A program made the position numbers and the translations under genes. From Phoronis australis (taxonomy: Eukaryota; Animalia; Phoronida), in NCBI GenBank assembly GCA_002633005.1, contig NMRA01000113.1, positions 10,797-74,796 of the forward strand: a stretch of 64,000 nt of DNA. The letters run 5' to 3'. This document shows, piece after piece, positions 63,789-64,000 of the stretch (the stretch's first letter is position 1; the number at the start of each line of letters is the position of its first letter). Below the pieces are notes generated by a model, which did no database searches, was not told the origin of the DNA, and saw only the letters and a program-made list of their open reading frames with translations.

Positions 63789-64000
63789 ATTGACTTTTTA
63801 TCTAAATGTCTATTATGTACTGTAGTGTGAGTGTTTATGATATGAAGTGTGTTAAAGTCGTCATTTTGCACCTTTACTGTGTTGTGAGTCTCTTGGGGTG
63901 TGTCACTGCATGACCCATTCTGGCAGTTCGGCTATGTATCAAAAACGGCAATATTTAATTGAAACTGAACCAAGAAGCTAGTTGTTGCCATTAAACTGAG

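Overview
This is eukaryotic, AT-rich, intron-containing metazoan DNA. It is most likely from a marine invertebrate; a lophotrochozoan is a guess. The left 35 kb is a cluster of five TRPV5/6-like ion-channel genes whose coding regions have no introns. Four form a head-to-head inverted pair (A on -, B on +) present twice about 22 kb apart, and a divergent fifth paralogue (C) lies between the two units. The right part holds three spliced genes. The first is a 13-exon TMX3 protein disulfide isomerase (- strand, 452 aa). The second is a two-exon angiopoietin/ANGPTL-like fibrinogen-domain gene nested antisense in TMX3 intron 8. The third is a four-exon prefoldin subunit 4 (+ strand, 133 aa), head-to-head with TMX3, whose last intron is a minor-spliceosome U12 AT-AC intron containing a Penelope-like GIY-YIG fragment. 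MITEs, Helentron-like elements and tandem repeats are scattered throughout. The most notable points are the altered TRPV pore (His or Ser where TRPV5/6 has the Ca-selective Asp), signs of gene conversion between the inverted arms, the AT-AC intron and the nested ANGPTL-like gene. A single N at 12736 flanked by a duplicated sequence means part of the large duplication may be an uncollapsed haplotype. All exon models and family calls were made by eye, without database searches.
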